Below, in pieces: positions 37,728-45,286 of a DNA stretch of 64,000 bases. The stretch is taken from the NCBI GenBank assembly GCA_903882875.1, contig CAIRYQ010000023.1, forward strand, positions 3,680-67,679, in the 5' to 3' direction. The position numbers and the translations under genes are program-made. How positions within the stretch are numbered: the stretch's first letter is position 1; each line of letters opens with the position of its first letter. The notes under the pieces were generated by a model, which ran no database searches, was not told where the DNA came from, and worked only from the letters and a program-made list of their open reading frames with translations. The DNA is from an uncultured Spartobacteria bacterium. Its GTDB lineage: Bacteria; Verrucomicrobiota; Verrucomicrobiia; Chthoniobacterales; Chthoniobacteraceae.

Positions 37728-38336
37728 ATGACCACTGCGAACAAGATCACCATCGGGCGGATCGTGATGATCCCGTTCTTTGTGCTCATGGCGCTGTACT
37801 ACGGGCGCAGCGTCGCGCACGGGCACCCGCAGGAATGGATGCGCCTCACGGCCATCGCCATTTTCGTCGTCGCCGCGGCGAGCGACGGCATTGATGGCTA
37901 CATCGCGCGCCGCTACAATCAGATGAGCAAGCTCGGCACCGTGCTCGATCCCATCGCGGACAAGGGGCTGCTCCTCGCCGGCGTCATCACGCTCAGCGTG
38001 AGCAACTGGCAGTACGAATTCCCGCTGTGGTTCCCCGTGCTCGTCATCGCGCGCGACGTGGCCATCGTCACGGGCGTCATCGCCGTGCATTTCATCAATG
38101 GCGACACCCGCGTGAGCCCGAGCTGGATGGGAAAGACGGCCACCGTCGCGCAGATGATCGCCATCGGCTGCGCGATGCTTTTCACCGGCAGCGAATGGAA
38201 GGGCTACCTCGACGTGCCGGTCTTCGTCGCCGGATTCTTCACGCTCGTCTCCGGCCTGCTCTACATCCGCGAAGGCATCCGCCAGCTCCACGCGAAAGGA
38301 CACGGCGAACCGCAGCCGCCGGGCAGGCTGCTTTAG
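37728..38336 (+). CDS. pgsA: CDP-alcohol phosphatidyltransferase (PgsA-like)
   Basis: The ATG at 37728 opens the ORF. The motif DGIDGYIARRYNQMSKLGTVLDPIADK matches D(x)2DG(x)2AR...G(x)3D(x)3D. Multi-TM. Confidence 0.85.
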   Translation: MTTANKITIGRIVMIPFFVLMALYYGRSVAHGHPQEWMRLTAIAIFVVAAASDGIDGYIARRYNQMSKLGTVLDPIADKGLLLAGVITLSVSNWQYEFPLWFPVLVIARDVAIVTGVIAVHFINGDTRVSPSWMGKTATVAQMIAIGCAMLFTGSEWKGYLDVPVFVAGFFTLVSGLLYIREGIRQLHAKGHGEPQPPGRLL

Positions 38337-38417
38337 GCGGACGGCAAAATCCGTCCCTTGCGCAGGGTTCCAATTTCAGCGATCCGTGCGCGCATCCGGC
38401 ATCCGGGCTGCGAATCC

Positions 38418-38666
38418 ATGAATGTGAAACCCACCGCCCTCGGCATCATCCTCATTGTCGCGCTCCTCCAGCAGGGATGCATTGTCGCCCGTGTCGTCAC
38501 GTCCCCGATCCGGTACGCCGAGCACCGCGCGGAAATCGCGAGGGCCAAAAAGCGCGGTGAGCGGGAGGCCGAAAAGCGCAGCGAGAAGGAAGCCGAGAAG
38601 AGGGAAGCCCCGCCGGCGCACATCGAGCGGCCCGATGCCCCGCCTCCGGAAGCGCCCGCGAACTAG
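38418..38666 (+). CDS. Small lipoprotein with charged Lys/Glu/Arg-rich tail (hypothetical)
   Basis: MNVKPTALGIILIVALLQQGC lipobox-like N-terminus. Short, no homology recognised. Confidence 0.45.
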   Translation: MNVKPTALGIILIVALLQQGCIVARVVTSPIRYAEHRAEIARAKKRGEREAEKRSEKEAEKREAPPAHIERPDAPPPEAPAN

Positions 38667-38730
38667 CACGCGCCCGGCAGGCTGCGGCAGCGCGTTTCAT
38701 GGACTTCATCGAGGGCCAACGGCCCCGCAC

Positions 38731-38914
38731 AAGCCAGCCCAGGGCAAGTCCGCGTGATGGCTGCATCACGCGGACGCCGCCCTGGGATCTGAATGAAGAA
38801 TGATCAATGCCCTGAAGGGGCGGGACAAACCGTGTGGCGCCCCTTCAGGGCTTTGTCCTTTTTCCACGCTATTCCCAGGGCGGCGCTCGTTCCTCGCTTG
38901 CCCTGGGCTGGCTT
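38731..38914. repeat. 184-nt perfectly nested palindromic element (four perfect helices)
   Basis: P1 38731-38748 pairs with 38897-38914 (18 bp). P2 is a hairpin, 38748-38759 with 38764-38775 (12 bp). P3 38776-38786 pairs with 38874-38884 (11 bp). P4 is a hairpin, 38809-38822 with 38838-38851 (14 bp), followed by a T-rich run. Confidence 0.75.
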
Positions 38915-39101
38915 GTTCCGGGCCTTTGGCCCGCGATGCACCGCGGTTTTCAAAGTGCATGACACGCTGCGGCAACGGCCAAGATCCAACGAACACACCC
39001 TCGCCGGGATTGCCCGTCGCACACTTCACCGCTATTCCCGACACCATGCGTGAGCGGGCGGGAGGAAAACGGATCGGAGCGCGCAACGCGGAGCACGGAT
39101 T

Positions 39102-39156
39102 GTGACTGGTGACTGGTGACTGGTGAATGGATGGGCGCTTCTAGTCACCAGTCACA
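39102..39156. repeat. Inverted heptamer arrays (GTGACTG x3.5 / CAGTCAC x2) forming a hairpin in the 5' leader of the 39197 gene
   Basis: gtgactggtgactggtgactggtga, then a 16-nt spacer, then agtcaccagtcaca. The arms are reverse complements over 13 nt. Confidence 0.8.
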
Positions 39157-39196
39157 GCCTCTTGCCCGCCGCACCTTTCCAATTTATCCACGCACC

Positions 39197-42100
39197 ATGC
39201 GCACGCCCCTCCTCTCCCTCGTCCTCGCACTCGCAGCGATTTTTTCCACGCACGCCGCCGAGCCCTTTGAGATAAAAGACGGCGACCGCGTCCTCTTCCT
39301 CGGGGACACGCTCCTCGAACGCGAGGGCACCTACGGCTACCTCGAGACCCGCATGGCCGAGCAGTTCCCCGACCGGAAGTTCACCGTGCGCAACCTCGCC
39401 TTCAGCGCCGACACGCCGCTCGGCTGGTCGCGCGCGTCGTTCGACCCCGCGGCGAAGGGCTTCGAGCGGCTGAAGGAGCAGCTCGCGCTCGTGCAGCCCA
39501 CGGTCGTCTTCCTCGGCTACGGCATGGCCGCGAGCCTGCAGGAAATGACCGACCGCTCGCAGGACTGGACGCTGAACCGCGACACCGCCCGCTACGGTGC
39601 CGAGCCGATGAGCGCCGGGCGGTTCAAACGCGAGCTTGCACAACTCATGGACGCAATCGTGGAGGGAAACCGGAAACCGGATACCGGATACCGGAAAGGG
39701 GAAGATGGCGACGCTGACGCGTCGAAGCAGAATCTATCCGGTATCCGGTATCCGGTATCCGGTTTCCGTTTCGTCCTGCTCTCGCCGATCCGGCACGAGG
39801 ACTTGCGCGCGACGCGCCCCGGCCTGCCCGACCCGACGGAGCACAACAAGCTGCTGGAGCAATACAGCAAGGCCATCGAGGAACTGGCGAAGGAGCGCGG
39901 GGCGCGGTTTGTCTCGCTGAACTTCCCGTTAATCTACCATCTCACACCCGAGCAAATCGCGACGAATATGGGAGGGCCGAATCCGATTCTCTTGACGGAC
40001 AACGGCATCCATCTCAACGAGGTGGGTTACGTCGGGATGCTGCGCCAAATGTGTGAGGCTCTCAGTTGGGGCAGCTACCTCGGGAAGGGAGTGGCGCTCG
40101 GTGAACCCATTTCCACACCGCCGGGACCCAAATTCACTCAGGAGGATATCGCGGCATCTTTGAAATGGCATGAGCGCAAGGAAGCCCTCCGCGCCGCCAT
40201 CATCCGCAAGAACGCGCTCTTCTTCCACCGCTGGCGGCCGGCGAATGAGACCTACCTCTTCGGCTTCCGCAAACGCGAGCAGGGGCAGAACGCCGTCGAG
40301 ATTCCGAAGTTCGACCCGCTCATCGAAGCCGCCGAGGCCGAGATCGAGAAGCTGAAGCACGCTCCCAAGGGGGCCAGCGTCATGCCCTCCGAAGACGGGG
40401 CCACGGCTGACATTCACGGCGGCGTGTCCCCCGAACTCCCTGCTGTGTCCGCCGAACACCGGTCGGTGTCTGGCGAACACCGATCGGTGTCTGACGAACA
40501 CCGGTCGGTGTCTGGCGAACACCGGTCGGTGTCTGACGAACACCGGTCGGTGTCTGGCGAACACCGGTCGGTGTCTGGCGAACACCGGTCGGTGTCTGAC
40601 GAACACCGGTCAGTGTCTGACGAACACCGGTCGGTGTTTGACGAACACCGGTCGGTGTTTGACGAACACCGGTCGGTGTTTGACGAACACACAGCCGCTT
40701 CCGCGCAGCAAAAGGCCGATTTTCAGCCACAAACGCCCGTTTTCACCTCCGCCGGCCAACTTTACGCAGCCAACGACACCCCGGCGATCGGGAACCAGCC
40801 CCCAGTCACCAGTCACCAGTCACCAGTCACATCCCCCGACCCCGCCCGCCAGACCCCCGCCGAGACGCCCGACCTTTCCAAGCTCCCCGCCTCGCCCTCC
40901 ACCCTCCCGCTCCCCACCTTCACCCTCGCCGACGGCCTCGAAATCTCCCTCTGGGCCGAAAACCCGCTCCTCGCCAAGCCGACCGAGATGAATTGGGACG
41001 CACAGGGCCGCCTGTGGGTGGCGAGCAGCGCACTGTATCCCATGATCGCCCCCGGCCAGGCGGCGGACGACAAAATCCTCATCCTCGAAGACCCCGGCCA
41101 CACGGGGAAGGGGACGAAGAGCACGGTCTTCGTGGACGGGCTGCTGCTGCCGACGGGGGTGGCACCGGTGCTCGTGGAAGACCGGAAAGCGGATACCGGA
41201 AACCGGAAAGGGGAAGATGGCGACGCTGACGCGTCTAAGCAGAATCTATCCGGTATCCGCTCTCCGGTATCCGGTATCGCCCGCTGGGCCTGCTACGTCG
41301 GCCAGTCCACCGAGCTGCTCTACTTCGAGGACACGCAAGGCACCGGCAAGGCGGACAAAAAGCGCATCGTCCTCAGCGGATTCGGCACCGAGGACACGCA
41401 CCACATCGTCCACACCCTGCGCTGGGGGCCGGATGGCCGGCTCTATTTTAACCAAAGCGTGTACATCCACACGCACATGGAGACGCCGTGGGGCGTCGTG
41501 CGGCTGAACAGCGGCGGCGTCTTCGCCTACGACCCGCGCACCGAGCGCGTGGAAGTCGTCACGAAGGGCCTCTGGAACACGTGGGGCCACGCATGGGACC
41601 AATGGGGCCAGAGCTTCCTCTCGGATGGCGCGGGCTTCAGCGGCATCTCGTGGGCATTCCCCGGAGCCGTCTTCAACCCGAGCGAAGGCAGCCGCCGGCA
41701 GATGCCCAGCATCAGCCCCGGCAGCTACCCGAAATTCGCCGGCCTCGAGCTCATCTACAGCCCGCACTTCCCCGCCGAGTGGCAGGGCACGGCGGTGACG
41801 TGCGACTTCCGCGCGCACAAAATCGTGCATTTCAAGATCAACGACCTCGGTTTGGAGCAGTCAGCAAAGAGCGGCTACGTCACCGATCAGCTCCCCGTGC
41901 TTGCGCAGACGAGCGACGCGACCTTCCGCCCGATTGACGTGAAGCTCGGCCCCGACGGCGCGATCTACATCGCCGACTGGAGCAACCCGATCATCAACCA
42001 CGGCGAAGTGGACTTCCGCGACCCGCGCCGCGACCACGAGCACGGCCGCATCTGGCGCCTGAGCATGAAGGGTGGAGCGGCGGTGAAGTGGGAGAGTCTG

Positions 42101-44182
42101 GTGGGGAAAAATAAGGAGGAGCTAATTTCAGCGCGCCGTTCAAAAAGCCAATGGGCACTGGAACAAGCGACTCACTTGCTAATCTACAGACCGCACACCG
42201 AAGCAGAACGCCAAGCCAGCCGCGACAGCTTGCTCGTCCAGATGCTTACCGACCCGGCGGCTCAATTTGAGGTTCCCGCATTACTCATCCTCAATACCAG
42301 GCCTCGCATCCGCATCGGAGCGATGCGAGCACTTGCGCGCTTACCAAAAATCGAAAGCGCCTCGCTCATCCTCGACGCCGCGATCAACGCGCCGAAGGAC
42401 GATCCGTTTTACGAGTTCGCCGCGTGGCTTTCCATCAATGACGTCGCGGAGGTCTGGACGGAGGCGGTGCTCGCCGGGAAATGGAAAATCGAGGGGCGCG
42501 AGAAGCAGTTGGAGTTTGCGCTCGATGCGCTGGATGCGGCCCGCTCCGGCCCCGTCATCGCCGCGCTGCTCAAGGAGCGGCCCATCACCCGCGACGGCGC
42601 GGGCCCGTGGATCGAGCTCATCGGCAAAGGCGGCGGCAAGGCCGAGCTGGAGCAGCTTTTCGAGCGTGTCGCGAAGGGCGACTTCGAGCCGCCCGCATTC
42701 GTCCGCGCGATCAACGCGCTCGCCGACGCCGCCCGCCTCCGCAACCTCCGCCCCGAGGGCAACCTTGCATCCATCAGAATGTGCCTCGTCGATCCTCATG
42801 CGGAGATCGCTTCCGCCGCCGCGCGCCTTGCGGGCCAGTGGCATCTTTCCGAAGTCGTGCCGTATATCGTCAATCTCGCACAGCATCCGGATGAGGGACC
42901 GCGCGCCGCCGCAATCGAGGGATTGCGCAACGTCGGCGGTGCCAAGGCCGTTGACGGGCTGCTATCCCTGACGCGCTCGAGAAGACCGGAGGTTCGGCCC
43001 GCCGCCCTCGCCGCGCTCGCGCAGCTCAAGCCCGCCGCCGCCATTTCCGAAATCCCGACCGTGCTCGGCGCAATCCAGTCCGAGCCCGAGCTGCTCGCCA
43101 CATGGCGCGGCATTTTCCAATCGAAGGAAGCCGCCGACACGCTGGCGAAGAACTTTCCGGCGGACCTCCCGAAGCCCGTCATCACCGCCGCGCTGCACGC
43201 CGCGCGCGAGCTTGGCCGCAAGGGCGAACGTCTCGTCGCGAAACTCGCGCCGCTCGCCGGCGAGAGCCTCGCGAATTTCGTCCCCGCCGATTTCGCCGAC
43301 CTCGCCGCCCGCGCGAAAAAGGACGGCGACCCCGTGGCCGGCGAAGCCCTGTATCGCCGCATGGCCAGCGCCTGCACGACCTGCCACGCCATTGGCGGAG
43401 CCGGCGGCAAGCTCGGCCCCGACCTCACGAGCATCGGCGCGAGCGCACCGGCGGACTACATCATCGAGAGCGTGCTGAACCCCGCCGCGAAAGTGAAGGA
43501 AGGCTACCATGCGTTTTCCTTCGCGATGAAGGACGGCACCGAGGCCATCGGCATCCCGACGCGCGAGACGCCGCAGGAGCAGTTCATCCGCACGATCGCC
43601 GGCGAGCAGGGACTGCCGAAGGCGAACATCGTTTCCAAAAAAATCGCCGAGGGCGGCGCAAGCCTGATGCCCGCCGGCCTCACCGCCGCATGGAGCGACC
43701 GCGAGCGGCTGAACCTCTACGCATTCCTCATGGAGCTGGGCCGCCCCGGCCCCTTCGACGCGAGCAAGAACAACGTGGCGCGCGTGTGGCAGCTCACCGA
43801 CTCCGGCAAAGTGGACGGCGCTCTGAAAGTCGAAGCCGCAGCGTCCACGCCGTCCATCCCGTCCACCTACGCCTACACCCTCGTGGACGGTCGCCTCACC
43901 AAGGACCTCCTCACCGAGAAGCTCGCCATCCTCCAGCCGAAGAACACCGCCGTGCATCTCACCGCGCGCTTCCAAGCCGCGAGCGCCGGCAAGGCCAAGC
44001 TCAACCTCACCGGCATCCGCAAAGCCTGGCTCGACGGCCAGCCCCTCGCCATCGCCAGCGAGCCGAGCCCGAGCGTCGAACTGACCGCAGGCGCGCACAC
44101 TTTCACCGTCGAAGTGGACGCCAAGTCCCCGCCCGAAGTCCTGCGCCTCGAATCGCCCGCGGCGAATTTCCTCGGGGACTGA
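39197..44182 (+). CDS. Giant secreted multidomain protein: SGNH/GDSL-like hydrolase + PVC-type membrane-bound-dehydrogenase beta-propeller + HEAT repeats + CxxCH cytochrome c domain
   Basis: The ATG at 39197 gives signal peptide MRTPLLSLVLALAAIFSTHA. SGNH block DGDRVLFLGDTLLERE. FTLADGLEISLWAENPLLAKPTEMNWDAQGRLWVA matches the Pirellula/Verrucomicrobium dehydrogenase N-domain type. HEAT-like repeats (VRPAALAALAQL). Heme motif CTTCHAIGGAGGKLGPDL. Contains three repeat families, listed separately. Confidence 0.85.
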   Translation: MRTPLLSLVLALAAIFSTHAAEPFEIKDGDRVLFLGDTLLEREGTYGYLETRMAEQFPDRKFTVRNLAFSADTPLGWSRASFDPAAKGFERLKEQLALVQPTVVFLGYGMAASLQEMTDRSQDWTLNRDTARYGAEPMSAGRFKRELAQLMDAIVEGNRKPDTGYRKGEDGDADASKQNLSGIRYPVSGFRFVLLSPIRHEDLRATRPGLPDPTEHNKLLEQYSKAIEELAKERGARFVSLNFPLIYHLTPEQIATNMGGPNPILLTDNGIHLNEVGYVGMLRQMCEALSWGSYLGKGVALGEPISTPPGPKFTQEDIAASLKWHERKEALRAAIIRKNALFFHRWRPANETYLFGFRKREQGQNAVEIPKFDPLIEAAEAEIEKLKHAPKGASVMPSEDGATADIHGGVSPELPAVSAEHRSVSGEHRSVSDEHRSVSGEHRSVSDEHRSVSGEHRSVSGEHRSVSDEHRSVSDEHRSVFDEHRSVFDEHRSVFDEHTAASAQQKADFQPQTPVFTSAGQLYAANDTPAIGNQPPVTSHQSPVTSPDPARQTPAETPDLSKLPASPSTLPLPTFTLADGLEISLWAENPLLAKPTEMNWDAQGRLWVASSALYPMIAPGQAADDKILILEDPGHTGKGTKSTVFVDGLLLPTGVAPVLVEDRKADTGNRKGEDGDADASKQNLSGIRSPVSGIARWACYVGQSTELLYFEDTQGTGKADKKRIVLSGFGTEDTHHIVHTLRWGPDGRLYFNQSVYIHTHMETPWGVVRLNSGGVFAYDPRTERVEVVTKGLWNTWGHAWDQWGQSFLSDGAGFSGISWAFPGAVFNPSEGSRRQMPSISPGSYPKFAGLELIYSPHFPAEWQGTAVTCDFRAHKIVHFKINDLGLEQSAKSGYVTDQLPVLAQTSDATFRPIDVKLGPDGAIYIADWSNPIINHGEVDFRDPRRDHEHGRIWRLSMKGGAAVKWESLVGKNKEELISARRSKSQWALEQATHLLIYRPHTEAERQASRDSLLVQMLTDPAAQFEVPALLILNTRPRIRIGAMRALARLPKIESASLILDAAINAPKDDPFYEFAAWLSINDVAEVWTEAVLAGKWKIEGREKQLEFALDALDAARSGPVIAALLKERPITRDGAGPWIELIGKGGGKAELEQLFERVAKGDFEPPAFVRAINALADAARLRNLRPEGNLASIRMCLVDPHAEIASAAARLAGQWHLSEVVPYIVNLAQHPDEGPRAAAIEGLRNVGGAKAVDGLLSLTRSRRPEVRPAALAALAQLKPAAAISEIPTVLGAIQSEPELLATWRGIFQSKEAADTLAKNFPADLPKPVITAALHAARELGRKGERLVAKLAPLAGESLANFVPADFADLAARAKKDGDPVAGEALYRRMASACTTCHAIGGAGGKLGPDLTSIGASAPADYIIESVLNPAAKVKEGYHAFSFAMKDGTEAIGIPTRETPQEQFIRTIAGEQGLPKANIVSKKIAEGGASLMPAGLTAAWSDRERLNLYAFLMELGRPGPFDASKNNVARVWQLTDSGKVDGALKVEAAASTPSIPSTYAYTLVDGRLTKDLLTEKLAILQPKNTAVHLTARFQAASAGKAKLNLTGIRKAWLDGQPLAIASEPSPSVELTAGAHTFTVEVDAKSPPEVLRLESPAANFLGD
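39665..39771. repeat. Intragenic palindromic element, copy 1 (inverted heptamer-array arms + 43-nt core), in frame
   Basis: Left arm ggaaaccggaaaccggataccggataccgg. Right arm ccggtatccggtatccggtatccggtttccg (reverse complement). The 58-nt core 39690-39747 is 57/58 identical to 41202-41259. Confidence 0.85.
40445..40690 (+). repeat. 21-nt tandem repeat, ~11.7 copies, in frame (VS[G/D/A]EHRS)n
   Basis: The unit gaacaccggtcggtgtctg[g/a]c is repeated head to tail. Each unit contains the palindrome acaccg-gt-cggtgt. The last three units share a variant (ttt, giving VFDEHRS). Confidence 0.9.
40803..40830 (+). repeat. Heptamer array CAGTCAC x4 inside the CDS
   Basis: Exactly four tandem copies. 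It is the same heptamer family as the leader hairpin at 39102-39156. Confidence 0.9.
41181..41280. repeat. Intragenic palindromic element, copy 2, in frame
   Basis: accggaaagcggataccggaaaccgg, then the core, then ccggtatccgctctccggtatccggtatcg. It has the same codon phase as copy 1 and encodes the near-identical peptide RKGEDGDADASKQNLSGIR. Confidence 0.85.
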
Positions 44183-44186
44183 TCCC

Positions 44187-44287
44187 CGTAGCCGCCGGCG
44201 GAAGGAGGCGGGCTGATCTTTCTTTCCGCGTTCCGAGATCCGAACTCCGCACTTCAAGGCACCCGCCTCCTTCCGTCGGCGGCTACG
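44187..44287. repeat. REP-like inverted repeat (27-nt arms, 47-nt spacer) just after the stop of the giant gene
   Basis: cgtagccgccggcggaaggaggcgggc (44187-44213) versus acccgcctccttccgtcggcggctacg (44261-44287), 25/27 complementary. A solo arm copy gccgacggaaggaggcgggc lies at 51794-51813. Confidence 0.8.
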
Positions 44288-44350
44288 ATAATTCTCCGCT
44301 CGCCTTGAGGTCACCTGAACTGCTCTCGTCCCCGGCACTTTTCACAGGCC

Positions 44351-44910
44351 ATGCCGTCACGAACATCCATTACGGATGAAGCCGTCAGCGCCATCCGTTC
44401 GCTGTACGAAAGCGGCGCCTACGTCGCGGCGTGGCAGCGCACGCAGTCGCTGCCGCCATTCCGCGAATGGGCCGGCGCTGCCGCGCTCACGATCGCGGGA
44501 CGGCTGCTGAACAACCTCGAAGCGCCGCGGCTCGCGCACGCGCTACATGCCCGCGCATGGCGGGAGCATCGCGGCGACCCCGATGCAGCGTATTACCGTG
44601 CGAGCACGATCGCCCGGCGCTTCGGTCCGTTGCGTGCGCTGCGCTTCCTCGACTCGCTTCCGCGACTTCGAGCGCGCGGATGCGCTGCTGAAGGAGGCGC
44701 TGGAACTCGACGGCACGAGCGCGTGGCTGTGGGTCGAGCACGCGTGGTGCATGGAGCGTGCGGACCGTTACGCCGCCGCGCTCGAATCCGCCCGGCGCGC
44801 ATTCGATCTGTGACCATGGTACCGGCCTGCGGTGCAGCGCGTCGCGCATCTTCTCACGCTGCTCGGCCGCGATGATGATGCGCTCGCCTTGCTCCGCGAT
44901 GCATCGGCGC
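44351..44910 (+). pseudogene. Decayed helical-repeat (TPR-like) gene: frameshift, in-frame TGA, then IS insertion. A 3' remnant continues at 47333-47512.
   Basis: The reading frame switches near 44657-44664 (FLDSLP / RDFERADALLKEALELDG). There is an in-frame TGA at 44811-44813. Joining 44911 to 47341 restores the frame (...DASARFIIYDWQSIG...). Confidence 0.55.
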
Positions 44911-45286
44911 GACTGGAAAGGGGGATAATATACTTGCGTGCCCAAACCCCCTGAGAGCGCCGCGATCCCGTTGCCTCTCAGTTCTTGCGCGCCTTGCGCT
45001 TCGCGGCCCTGATGTTCCTCTCGTTCGCTAGGGCGCGATCCACTTTAATCTTCGGTGCCGCGAGCACCTGCTTTGCGAACGCCCGGAGCTTGTCAAACGG
45101 GGTCGGCTCCGGTGTGGCTGGCGCAGGTTGGCTCATGTCTTTGGGTAGCAAAGACAGCGAGGAGACGCAATCGTGATCATGATTCGGATTGACATCCTGA
45201 ATCCGATGCAGGACGCGGCAATCTCATGCCTCTGAACGTGAATGACCCGCACGAGTTCCAACCTACTGACCTCCGCACTCGGGAAT

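Noticed and set aside
39116-39196. Upstream extension of the giant ORF to 39116
   Set aside because: The extension lacks an ATG and runs through the heptamer hairpin. The ATG at 39197 is followed immediately by a classic signal peptide.
40445-40690. Possible CRISPR array (regular 21-nt periodicity with palindromic units)
   Set aside because: The units are directly adjacent with no spacers. The array is in frame inside a long CDS, and no cas genes are nearby. It is a coding tandem repeat, not a CRISPR array.
44811-44813. In-frame TGA as selenocysteine or programmed readthrough
   Set aside because: No SECIS-like hairpin was noted immediately downstream. The same gene also carries a frameshift and an IS insertion, so pseudogenisation is the simpler explanation.
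44487-44945. ORFs starting MG[T/I]QVYY[P/S]PFQSRR at both IS ends (44487-44945 minus strand and 47298-47555 plus strand)
   Set aside because: The shared N-termini are simply translations of the two terminal inverted repeats reading outward. Downstream the sequences are unrelated and overlap the decayed host gene.
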